Below, piece by piece: positions 15,211 to 22,891 of a DNA stretch of 24,000 nt. The stretch comes from Maliibacterium massiliense (GTDB taxonomy: Bacteria; Bacillota; Clostridia; Christensenellales; Maliibacteriaceae): positions 2,380,882 to 2,404,881 of the forward strand of contig LR026983.1 of assembly GCA_900604345.1 (NCBI GenBank), given 5' to 3'. The stretch's first letter is position 1, and the number at the start of each line of letters is the position of its first letter. The position numbers and the translations under genes are program-made. Under the pieces are notes generated by a model that was given only the letters and a program-made list of their open reading frames with translations, did no database searches and was not told the DNA's origin.

Positions 15211-16040
15211 CAAAGCAGCGACTGGATACGCGTATGGTGGCGCTGGGGCTTGCCGAGAGCCGGCAGAAGGCGCAGGCAATCCTGATGACGGGCGCGGTAT
15301 GCGTCAACGGGCAGCCGTGTACCAAACCGGCGGCGCAGGTGGGCGATGCGGACCAAATCACGGTGACAGAGCATCTGCGCTATGTCAGCCGCGGCGGGCT
15401 GAAGCTGGAAAGGGCGCTAGAGGTCTTTCCCATCGACCTGGCGGGCAGGGTGGCGCTGGATATCGGCGCCTCCACAGGCGGGTTTACCGACTGCATGCTG
15501 CAAAATGGCGCCGCGCACGTCTACGCGGTGGACGTGGGCTACGGGCAGCTGGACTGGAAGCTGCGCAGCGACGCGCGGGTAAGTGTGCTGGAGCGCACCA
15601 ACGCGCGCTACATCACGCCCGATCTGTTTGAAGGGCCGCCCACGTTTGGCAGCATCGATGCCTCATTCATTTCGCTGAAGCTGCTGCTGCCACCGCTGCG
15701 CGATTGTTTGGGGGAAGCGGGCGAGATCGTGGCGCTGATCAAACCGCAGTTTGAGGCGGGGCGCGCTCAGGTAGGCAAAAAGGGCGTGGTGCGCGATGCG
15801 GCGGTGCATCAGCAGGTCATCGAGGAGATGCTCGCCTTTGCTCGCGGGCCGCTGGGCATGCACGTGATGGGGCTGGATCATTCGCCCATCACCGGGCCGC
15901 AGGGCAACATCGAGTTTTTGCTCTACCTGCAAAAGACGCTGGCGCAGGGCGCGGCCGCGCCTGACATCGACGCGCGTGCGGTGGTTGCCCGTGCGCATGA
16001 CGCGCATCATAAAACGCCAAAAACGACACGGCAGGATTGA
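15207..16040 (+). CDS. tlyA: TlyA-family rRNA (cytidine-2'-O)-methyltransferase (S4 + FtsJ domains)
   Basis: GTG 15207 overlaps the dxs stop (GTGA). KQRLDTRMVALGLAESRQKAQAILMTGAVCVNG (S4), VSRGGLKLERAL, LDIGASTGGFTDCMLQNGAAHVYAVDVGYGQLDWKLR (SAM binding). The longer 15132 start lies inside dxs. Confidence 0.9.
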   Translation: MTKQRLDTRMVALGLAESRQKAQAILMTGAVCVNGQPCTKPAAQVGDADQITVTEHLRYVSRGGLKLERALEVFPIDLAGRVALDIGASTGGFTDCMLQNGAAHVYAVDVGYGQLDWKLRSDARVSVLERTNARYITPDLFEGPPTFGSIDASFISLKLLLPPLRDCLGEAGEIVALIKPQFEAGRAQVGKKGVVRDAAVHQQVIEEMLAFARGPLGMHVMGLDHSPITGPQGNIEFLLYLQKTLAQGAAAPDIDARAVVARAHDAHHKTPKTTRQD

Positions 16041-16065
16041 ATATTTATACAAAATGCTTTATAAT
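16037..16065 (+). promoter_or_regulatory. Sigma-A-type promoter upstream of nadK
   Basis: TTGAAT (16037-16042), 17 nt, TATAAT (16060-16065) in an AT-rich island directly after the tlyA stop. Confidence 0.6.
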
Positions 16066-16103
16066 AAGAGCGTATGTTTTTTGTAGACGGGGAGGGCGCG
16101 GCC

Positions 16104-16964
16104 ATGGTCATCGGCATTTACACCTATGCATCTACATCGGCGTCCTACCAGACGCTGCACGCGTTGCTTGACGCGCTGCAGTCGCGCGGCCTCCAGGTGC
16201 TGCTGCAGCAGCAGCTTGCGGATATCGCCCGGCGCCCCCAGCTGGCTACGGATGAGCAAGCGCTCTTTGCGCAAAGCGAGATGCTGCTCGTGCTGGGAGG
16301 GGACGGCACGCTGCTTGGCGCCGCGCGCAAGGCGGCGGAGGCGGGCCTGCCCATTTTAGGCGTAAACATGGGGCGGCTGGGCTTTTTGAGCGAAATTGAA
16401 TTTGAGGAGCTGGGCGGCGCGCTCGACCAGGTCCTTTCGGGCGACTACACCATTGAAAAGCGCATGATGCTCAGCTGCTATATCGATGAAGTGTATAAAG
16501 GCATTGCCCTCAACGACGTGGTGATCTCGCGCAACTCCATCTCGCGCATCATCACCGTGGGGGTAGCCATCAACGACCAGCCGGTCAACGCCTACCGCGC
16601 AGACGGCCTTATCGTGGCCACGCCCACGGGCTCCACGGCGTACTCCCTCTCGGCAGGCGGACCGATTTTGAGCCCCGCGCTGGAGTGCCTGCTGATCTCG
16701 CCCATCTGTCCGCACACCCTGCACAGCAGAAGCGTGGTGGTGGGCCCCAAGGAGGAGATCACCCTCACCATCAGCGATCCGCGCGACGAGACCATTTTAA
16801 CCCTCGACGGGCAGATGGCGTTCCCCCTGCGCAACGGTATGCGCGTCAAGGTGCGCCGCGCGCGCGCCTACGCGCGCTTTGTGCGGCTGAACCGCAAAAA
16901 TTTCTACCATGTGCTCAACCACAAACTCTCGGATTGGAACGGCGATTCCGACAGCGCGCAGTAG
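16104..16964 (+). CDS. nadK: NAD(+) kinase
   Basis: LVLGGDGTLLGAAR, GVNMGRLGFLSE, NDVVI, DGLIVATPTGSTAYSLSAGGPI. ATG 16104 is about 8 nt after GGGGAGGG. The ORF opens at 16074. Confidence 0.9.
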   Translation: MVIGIYTYASTSASYQTLHALLDALQSRGLQVLLQQQLADIARRPQLATDEQALFAQSEMLLVLGGDGTLLGAARKAAEAGLPILGVNMGRLGFLSEIEFEELGGALDQVLSGDYTIEKRMMLSCYIDEVYKGIALNDVVISRNSISRIITVGVAINDQPVNAYRADGLIVATPTGSTAYSLSAGGPILSPALECLLISPICPHTLHSRSVVVGPKEEITLTISDPRDETILTLDGQMAFPLRNGMRVKVRRARAYARFVRLNRKNFYHVLNHKLSDWNGDSDSAQ

Positions 16965-17007
16965 CCGCCCATCCTTTTTTGCATCCTGCCAAGGAGGAGC
17001 TTGCTTC

Positions 17008-17457
17008 ATGAAATCAAACCGTCACACCATGATCTTGGACATCATCCGCAAGATGGACATCGCCACCCAGGAGGAGCTGGCCGAGCAGCTGCGCCAGCGG
17101 GGGGTAGTGGCCACCCAGGCGACCATCTCACGCGATATCAAGGAGCTGCACCTCATCAAGGTGCTGGGCAGCAACGGCATCTATAAATATGCCATGCTGG
17201 AGCAGAACGACGGCACGATTGACGCGCGGCTGATGCGCCTGTTCAACGAATCGGTGCTGACGGTGACGTCGGCCAACAACCTGATTGTGCTGGGCACCAT
17301 CTCCGGATCGGCAAACGCCGCGGCCAAGGCGATCGATTCGCTCGCGTGGGATGAGATCATCGGCACGCTCGCCGGGGACGACACCATCCTTGTCATCGTG
17401 GATAATAACGAGGATGCGGAGGCTGTGGTGGCGCGCTTCCGGCAAATGATGCAATAG
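17008..17457 (+). CDS. argR: Arginine repressor ArgR/AhrC
   Basis: ATG 17008 is 10 nt after AAGGAGG. MKSNRHTMILDIIRKMDIATQEELAEQLRQRGVVATQATISRDIKELHLIKV (winged helix) and C-terminal GTLAGDDTILVIV (arginine-binding core). 149 aa. Confidence 0.9.
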   Translation: MKSNRHTMILDIIRKMDIATQEELAEQLRQRGVVATQATISRDIKELHLIKVLGSNGIYKYAMLEQNDGTIDARLMRLFNESVLTVTSANNLIVLGTISGSANAAAKAIDSLAWDEIIGTLAGDDTILVIVDNNEDAEAVVARFRQMMQ

Positions 17458-17486
17458 TCGCTTCCATCGTAAAAGAAGGGGTTTCT

Positions 17487-19202
17487 ATGCTGCAACATCT
17501 ATCCATTCGTCATATCGCGCTGATCGACGCGCTGGAGCTATCCTTTGCGCCGGGCTTCAATGTGCTTACGGGCGAGACGGGCGCGGGCAAATCGATCATT
17601 GTGGATTCCATGAAGCTGGCATTGGGCGGCCGCGCGGACCGCGATTTGATCTCCGCCGGTGAAGCCAGGGCGTACGTGGAGGCCACTTTTTTTGTGCCGC
17701 CCGATGCGCCGGTGCGCGCGCTGCTGGAGGAGGAAGGGCTGCTGGAGACGGAGGAGACGTCGCTGGTGCTGGCGCGCGAGCTGACAACCTCGGGCAAGAA
17801 CACCTGCCGCATCGGCGGGGTGCGCGTGACGCTGGATCTGCTCTCTCAGGTGGCACGCCAGCTGGTGGACATCTACGGCCAGCATGAGCACCAGTCGCTG
17901 CTCAATCCGGCCAGCCATCTGGGCTTTTTGGACTGCCTTGCAAGCGGCAAGGTTGCCGCGCTGCGCGGGCAGGTGCAGGCGCTCTGCGCCCAGATTGCAT
18001 CTGTAAACAGGGAAATGTCGCAGGGCTTCGGCTCGGAGCAGGACCGCGCGCAGAAGATGGACATGCTGCGCTTTCAGATCGACGAGATCGAGCAGGCGCA
18101 GCTGCGTGTGGGCGAGGAGCAGGAGCTGAAAGAACAGCGCGCGCTGATGCAGGCCTCCGAGACCATTGCCGCACAGCTTTCAGGCGCGTACAGCGCGCTC
18201 TACGAAAGCGAGATGGGCCCGTCTGCCATGGACAGCGTGATGCAGGCGGCCCAGGCGGTGGGGCGCGTGGCGCACTACCAGCAGGCGTACGAGCAGATAC
18301 GCCAGCGCCTGGACGATGCCTACTACGCGCTGGAGGATACGGCGCATACCCTGCGCGATCTTGCGGGCGAGGTGTTTTTTGATCCGCAGGAGCTGCAGCG
18401 CATCGAGCAGCGGCTGGACGATCTGTATAAGCTCAAGCGCAAGTATGGCGCCGATGAGCAGGCGGTGCTGGATTTTCAGCAGCAGGCACAGAAGCAGCTG
18501 GACATGCTCGAGCACGCGCAGGAGCGCATGGAAACGCTTTCGCAGCGGCGCGAGGCGCTGCTGGACGCATATTATGAGAAGGCGTGCGCGCTCTCGCAGG
18601 CGCGCCGCGCCTTCGCCAAGCAGCTGGAAGGCCAGGTCATGGAACAGCTGCGCGACTTGGGCATGGAGAAATGCCGCTTTGCCGTGACGTTTGATGCGCT
18701 CCCCACGCGCGAGGCATGCCAAGCGTGCGTGCATGCCGAGGGTATGGACACGGCGGCGTTTTTCATCTCGCCCAACCCGGGCATGCCGCTGCGTCCTCTG
18801 GCCAAGATCATCTCCGGCGGCGAGCTGTCGCGCGTGATGCTGGCGCTCAAGACGATTTCCGCAGCCAGAGAGGGCGTGCCCTGTATGATCTTTGACGAGA
18901 TCGATACGGGTATTGGCGGCCAGATGGCGGTGGTGCTCTCCAAAAAGATGGCGCGCATCGCGCGCAGCCACCAGGTGCTTTGCGTGACGCATCTGGCGCC
19001 TGTGGCGGTGATGGCTGACGCGCATCTGCACGTGCAGAAGTCCGGTCAGCAGGAGACGCACACGCAGGTGGCGCGCCTTGCGGAGGATGCGCGGGCTGCG
19101 GAGGTGGCGCGCATGCTGGGCGGCAGTGTAGAGGACGCGCTCTCGCTTGAGCACGCCCGCCAGATGCTTGCGCAGGCGCGTGCATTTAAGCAGACGCTAT
19201 AA
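17487..19202 (+). CDS. recN: DNA repair protein RecN
   Basis: 571 aa: MLQHLSIRHIALIDALELSFAPGFNVLTGETGAGKSII (Walker A), long coiled-coil centre, ISGGELSRVMLALK signature, MIFDEIDTGIGG (Walker B). Confidence 0.95.
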   Translation: MLQHLSIRHIALIDALELSFAPGFNVLTGETGAGKSIIVDSMKLALGGRADRDLISAGEARAYVEATFFVPPDAPVRALLEEEGLLETEETSLVLARELTTSGKNTCRIGGVRVTLDLLSQVARQLVDIYGQHEHQSLLNPASHLGFLDCLASGKVAALRGQVQALCAQIASVNREMSQGFGSEQDRAQKMDMLRFQIDEIEQAQLRVGEEQELKEQRALMQASETIAAQLSGAYSALYESEMGPSAMDSVMQAAQAVGRVAHYQQAYEQIRQRLDDAYYALEDTAHTLRDLAGEVFFDPQELQRIEQRLDDLYKLKRKYGADEQAVLDFQQQAQKQLDMLEHAQERMETLSQRREALLDAYYEKACALSQARRAFAKQLEGQVMEQLRDLGMEKCRFAVTFDALPTREACQACVHAEGMDTAAFFISPNPGMPLRPLAKIISGGELSRVMLALKTISAAREGVPCMIFDEIDTGIGGQMAVVLSKKMARIARSHQVLCVTHLAPVAVMADAHLHVQKSGQQETHTQVARLAEDARAAEVARMLGGSVEDALSLEHARQMLAQARAFKQTL

Positions 19203-19219
19203 GGAAGGCGGCGATTGCG

Positions 19220-19663
19220 ATGCAGGCGTACACCCATCAGGTGCACTACTACGAGACCGACCAGATGGCGGTTGTCCACCATTCCAACTACATCCGGTGG
19301 TTTGAGGAGGCGCGCATCGATTACATGCGCCAGCTGCACGCGGACTATCAGGCGCTGGAGGCCATGGACTGCTACAGCCCGGTGCTTTCGGTGCGGTGCC
19401 AGTATAAAAAGGGCGTCGCCTTCGGCCAGCGTGTGGATATTCGATTGACGCTCGTCGAGATGACGCAGGTGAAATACCGCTTTACGTACCGCGTGGTGGA
19501 TCACGAGACGGGCGCGCTGCATGCGCTGGGCGAGACTACGCACTGCTTTGTCAACGGCAAAGGACGCGTTATCTCGCTGAAAAAACAGCAGCCCGCGCTC
19601 TTTGCGCGCTTTTTGCAGCAGGTGGGGGTGACGACGGGCGAGGCGGAGGGCGAAAACTTCTAA
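19220..19663 (+). CDS. Acyl-CoA thioesterase, 4HBT (YbgC/hotdog) family
   Basis: YTHQVHYYETDQMAVVHHSNYIRWFEEARIDYM is the typical hotdog-fold thioesterase N-terminus with catalytic Asp. 147 aa. Confidence 0.75.
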   Translation: MQAYTHQVHYYETDQMAVVHHSNYIRWFEEARIDYMRQLHADYQALEAMDCYSPVLSVRCQYKKGVAFGQRVDIRLTLVEMTQVKYRFTYRVVDHETGALHALGETTHCFVNGKGRVISLKKQQPALFARFLQQVGVTTGEAEGENF

Positions 19664-19690
19664 ATTGCAAAACAAAGCGTAGCATTTTTT

Positions 19691-19733
19691 GACAGGCATG
19701 CGCAAAAGCGCGCGTGTCTGTCTTTTTTCTTTT
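19691..19733 (+). terminator. Strong rho-independent terminator ending the long nadK-to-thioesterase (or longer) transcription unit
   Basis: 13-bp stem 19691-19703 / 19710-19722 (two G-U pairs) with a 6-nt loop, followed by TTTTTTCTTTT (19723-19733). Confidence 0.8.
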
Positions 19734-19944
19734 GCCAAAATATAAACCGCGCGCAATGGATGGATCGTCCCTACAAAACCGAGCATGCGGCCGCGTTTTT
19801 ATGGACAGCGCTCTGATTGACGATGATGCAGGCGCGCTGCAATACGCTCCTAATGCAAAAGGCGCGAACGGGCGGGCGCGGGGACAGCGTCCGATATAGC
19901 GCTACAGGGATGTGCGAATATGTCGCTGCGCATGCCTGTTTTCT

Positions 19945-19974
19945 GTATAAAAAAAGTGCCGTGCTTTCAGAATA
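19945..19974 (+). promoter_or_regulatory. Candidate forespore (sigma-G/F-type) promoter of spoIVB
   Basis: GTATA (19945-19949), 18 nt, CAGAATA (19968-19974), compared with the sigma-G consensus GHATR-18-CATXHTA (5/5 and 6/7). It lies 33 nt upstream of ATG 20007. spoIVB is forespore-expressed in Bacillus. Confidence 0.4.
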
Positions 19975-20006
19975 ACCTTGAGTGCTTTGAAAGGACAGGT
20001 GCATGT

Positions 20007-21290
20007 ATGAAACATCAAAAATGGAAGCGCAACCTGGGGCGCGTGCTCGCCCTTGCGGTGGTGCTGATCAACCAATCGCCCTATGTACAGGGCTTATATA
20101 AGCTGCCTGACGAAATCCGTCTGCTGGAGAACAACGCCATTGCCTGGTCGCTGCCCTTCGGTGTGCAGGTCGATGGGGTGGAGGACAGCGCAAACGTGCT
20201 CAACACCGACGGCACCTCCCTGAAAAGCGTGGGCAGGCAGACCTATCAGCTCGCGCCTGAAAACGTGGGCACCGCAAGCGCCAAGCTTTCGCTCTTTGGC
20301 GTCATTCCGCTCAAGGAAGTTTCGGTAAGCGTACTGCCCAAAACAAACGTCATGCCTGGCGGGCAGGCGCTGGGCATCGCGCTCTACACCCAGGGCGCGC
20401 TGGTGGTGGGGGGCAGCGATATCCTCACCCCGCAGGGAGAGCGGCGCAACCCCGCCCAAGAGGCGGGTATGCTCTCGGGCGACATCATCACCCACATCGA
20501 CAACACCGCCGTCAAGGATGCGGACCACCTTAGCCAGCTCGTCAACCGTCAGGACGGCCAGGCGGTCAATGCGCGCGTGCTGCGCGGCAGCGAGCAGGTG
20601 GACGTCTCCATCCAGCCGGTGGTCGACGCGCAGGATGGCAAGTACCGCATGGGCCTGTGGGTGCGCGATTCTACCGCGGGCATCGGCACGCTGAGCTACT
20701 ATGACGCGAGCAACCAAACCTTTGCCGCGCTGGGCCACGGCATCATGGATCCGGATACCCAGTCGTACCTGGTCGTAAAAAACGGCCTGATCATGCACAC
20801 GGCCATCTCCGATGTGCGCAAAGGGGTCAGCGGCACGCCCGGCGAGCTGCACGGCACCTACTCGCTTTCCGAAACCCCGCTGGGGGATATCCGCAGCAAC
20901 AACCAGTTTGGCATCTACGGCAAGAGCAGCGCCGGCTACACAAGCAGCCTCTATCCCAACGGCCTGCCCATCGGTCTGCAGAGCACCACCCACATCGGCA
21001 AGGCAAGCATCCTGTGCGCTGTTGAGGGAGAGGCGGTGCAGGAATACGCCTGCGAAATCACCCGCATCACCCCCCAGAGCAGCCCCGCGCCCAAGAGCAT
21101 GGTCATCAAAATCACCGATACGCGCCTGCTGGAAAAGACCGGTGGCATTGTCCAGGGCATGAGCGGCAGCCCCATTTTGCAGGACGGCCGCATGATCGGC
21201 GCCGTCACCCATGTCTTTATCAACGATCCCACCCGCGGTTATGGTGTGTATCTGGAATGGATGCTTGAAGAAAGTGACAAAATTGCGTAA
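20007..21290 (+). CDS. spoIVB: SpoIVB peptidase (S55 serine protease with PDZ domain)
   Basis: MKHQKWKRNLGRVLALAVVLI signal anchor, PDZ region (GMLSGDIITHIDNTAVKD), GIGTLSYYD, catalytic GMSGSPILQDGRMIGAVTHVF. 427 aa from ATG 20007. The 19920 start has no support. Confidence 0.9.
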   Translation: MKHQKWKRNLGRVLALAVVLINQSPYVQGLYKLPDEIRLLENNAIAWSLPFGVQVDGVEDSANVLNTDGTSLKSVGRQTYQLAPENVGTASAKLSLFGVIPLKEVSVSVLPKTNVMPGGQALGIALYTQGALVVGGSDILTPQGERRNPAQEAGMLSGDIITHIDNTAVKDADHLSQLVNRQDGQAVNARVLRGSEQVDVSIQPVVDAQDGKYRMGLWVRDSTAGIGTLSYYDASNQTFAALGHGIMDPDTQSYLVVKNGLIMHTAISDVRKGVSGTPGELHGTYSLSETPLGDIRSNNQFGIYGKSSAGYTSSLYPNGLPIGLQSTTHIGKASILCAVEGEAVQEYACEITRITPQSSPAPKSMVIKITDTRLLEKTGGIVQGMSGSPILQDGRMIGAVTHVFINDPTRGYGVYLEWMLEESDKIA

Positions 21291-21385
21291 TATTGTCTGA
21301 TATTGGCAGGAATAAGCAACATCCATGTCGTAAATTTCCAATATCCCTTTGTTTGTGAAATTTGATGACTGGAGTGTGATGGCAC

Positions 21386-22177
21386 ATGGCGTCACAACGT
21401 TTGCGTATATTACTGGCGGATCAGGATGAAAAGCAGAGCAGGTACCGCGCTTCAGCCCTGCGGGCGCTGGGCGATTGTGACGTGGTGGGCATTGCCAAGG
21501 ATGGCAGGACGGCCATGGAGCTGATACAGCAGCATCAGATCGACGTGGTGGTGCTGGATATCGTGCTTGCGTACCGCGATGGGCTTGCAGTGTTGGAGGA
21601 TACGCAGGATATGCCTGACCGCCCTGCGATGGTGGTGCTTACAGCCCTCTCGGAGGACAGCGTTATCCAGCGCAGCATGGCCTTTGGTGCCAGCGACTAT
21701 GTACTCAAGCCTACCAGCGACGCGGAGCTGATGCGCCACATTGCGCGGGCCGTGGAGCAGAGAAACATGCCCCCGAGCACTGGGCGCGTGTATGAATCCT
21801 CCAGCGAGGTGGACTGGACGCATGTGGAGGACCAGATCTGCCGTGTGATCCAAAACATCGGCATCATGCCCCATTTGCAGGGGTATTATTATCTTAAGAC
21901 CGCGATTCTGCTTGTGCTGCAGGATTCCAGCTATCTTTCCTCCATCACCCAGCGGCTCTATCCCAGTGTGGCGCAGGCATACGATACCCTGCCCGGGCGC
22001 GTGGAGCGCTCCATCCGCCATGCCATCGAGCATGCCTGGAACCGCGCCAACGTGGAGGTGATCGACCGCATCTTCGGTTACACCATCGACGAGCGCAAGG
22101 GCAAGCCCACCAACAGCGCCTTTATCGCGCGCGTGGCTGAGCATTTGCGCCTCTCTCAGAATATCCCTTCGGTCTGA
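21386..22177 (+). CDS. spo0A: Sporulation master regulator Spo0A (receiver + Spo0A-specific DNA-binding domain)
   Basis: Receiver: RILLAD..., VVVLDIVLAYRDGLAVLE, VVLTAL, YVLKP. C-terminal: HLQGYYYLKTAI, SITQRLYPSVAQAYDT, RVERSIRHAIEHAW, FGYTIDERKGKPTNSAFIARVAEHLRL. This is the Spo0A signature. Confidence 0.95.
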   Translation: MASQRLRILLADQDEKQSRYRASALRALGDCDVVGIAKDGRTAMELIQQHQIDVVVLDIVLAYRDGLAVLEDTQDMPDRPAMVVLTALSEDSVIQRSMAFGASDYVLKPTSDAELMRHIARAVEQRNMPPSTGRVYESSSEVDWTHVEDQICRVIQNIGIMPHLQGYYYLKTAILLVLQDSSYLSSITQRLYPSVAQAYDTLPGRVERSIRHAIEHAWNRANVEVIDRIFGYTIDERKGKPTNSAFIARVAEHLRLSQNIPSV

Positions 22178-22219
22178 ATAAAGCATTCTTCCAGCGCATA
22201 GGCATGTACAAACAAAAGC

Positions 22220-22876
22220 ATGTCGGAGGGGCGTATGAGAAGGATGGGTCAATGGCAACGTGGGTTGTCCCGGCATATCCGGGACAACCTTGTTTTGTAT
22301 CTGGTGCTGCTCTTTCTGCTGGTGGCGGGGCTGGTGGCGGGCATTGCCACAGCCTCGCGCATCGACGAGGCCCAGCGCATGGAGCTGGGTGTGTACCTGG
22401 GCAACGTGGCCACCGCCGCGCAGGCTGAGCAGGTGCGCGCCATCGACGTCTTCTGGCAATCCGCGCTCTCCAGCCTGCATGTGGCGGTGCTGATGCTCGT
22501 CAGCGCCTCCGCGCTGCCGCTGCTGGCGCTGGGCTGCTGTGCGATGGCGTTTCAGGGGTTTACCCTTGGCTTTACCATCACCACCTTTGTATGGCTTTAC
22601 GGCTGGCGTGGTATAATGATGGGGCTGGGGATGCTGCTGGTGCCGCACCTGCTGCTGTGGCTCTGCTACATGGAAATGGGGGCCACGGCCGCACAGTACG
22701 CGCTGGCGAGCTTTCGCATGCGGCGCCAGGGCAGGCGGCTTGCCGATCCGCAGAAGATGCGCAGCGAGCTGTTTATCCGCATGCTCGTGCTCTACGCAAT
22801 CTGCGTGGGCATCGGCCTTTTGCACATGGCGCTGGCGCCCCAGCTGATGCGGCTGCTGCCGCAGGTACAGTACTAG
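22220..22876 (+). CDS. spoIIM: Stage II sporulation protein M (SpoIIM), polytopic membrane protein
   Basis: LSRHIRDNLVLYLVLLFLLVAGLVAGIATA..., FQGFTLGFTITTFV, LVPHLLLWLCYMEMGATAAQYAL. TM pattern and length fit SpoIIM. Possible later starts at 22235 or 22244, downstream of GGAGGGG (22225-22231). Confidence 0.75.
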   Translation: MSEGRMRRMGQWQRGLSRHIRDNLVLYLVLLFLLVAGLVAGIATASRIDEAQRMELGVYLGNVATAAQAEQVRAIDVFWQSALSSLHVAVLMLVSASALPLLALGCCAMAFQGFTLGFTITTFVWLYGWRGIMMGLGMLLVPHLLLWLCYMEMGATAAQYALASFRMRRQGRRLADPQKMRSELFIRMLVLYAICVGIGLLHMALAPQLMRLLPQVQY

Positions 22877-22891
22877 CGAAAGAAGGGCGAA

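Noticed and set aside
13315-15279. 654-aa ORF on the minus strand, and similar long minus-strand ORFs at 21452-23257, 5473-6987, 4330-5409, 20094-21395, 10528-11565, 18180-19154 and 7363-8319
   Set aside because: Each lies antisense to a plus-strand gene with unmistakable family motifs (dxs, spo0A/spoIIM, asp23/amaP, spoIIIAG/AH, spoIVB, ispA, recN, Kae1-like). Their translations are Arg/His/Ala/Gly-rich low-complexity strings with no recognisable motifs. Long stop-free antisense frames are expected at this GC content.
17458-17486. Search for a LexA/Cheo SOS box (GAAC-N4-GTTC) upstream of recN and for ARG boxes upstream of argR (16965-17007)
   Set aside because: Neither spacer contains a match. 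The gaps are about 30-45 nt and hold only SD sequences, so these genes are probably read through from the nadK promoter.
19714-19899. 61-aa ORF in the thioesterase-spoIVB spacer
   Set aside because: It has no SD and no recognisable motif. It starts inside the terminator U-tract region, so it is likely fortuitous.
21306-21333. Sigma-H promoter call for spo0A
   Set aside because: Only the AGGA core of the -35 matches. The sequence at the expected -10 position (CGTAA) matches HGAAT at 3/5. This is too weak to annotate as a feature, so it is kept only as a low-interest note.
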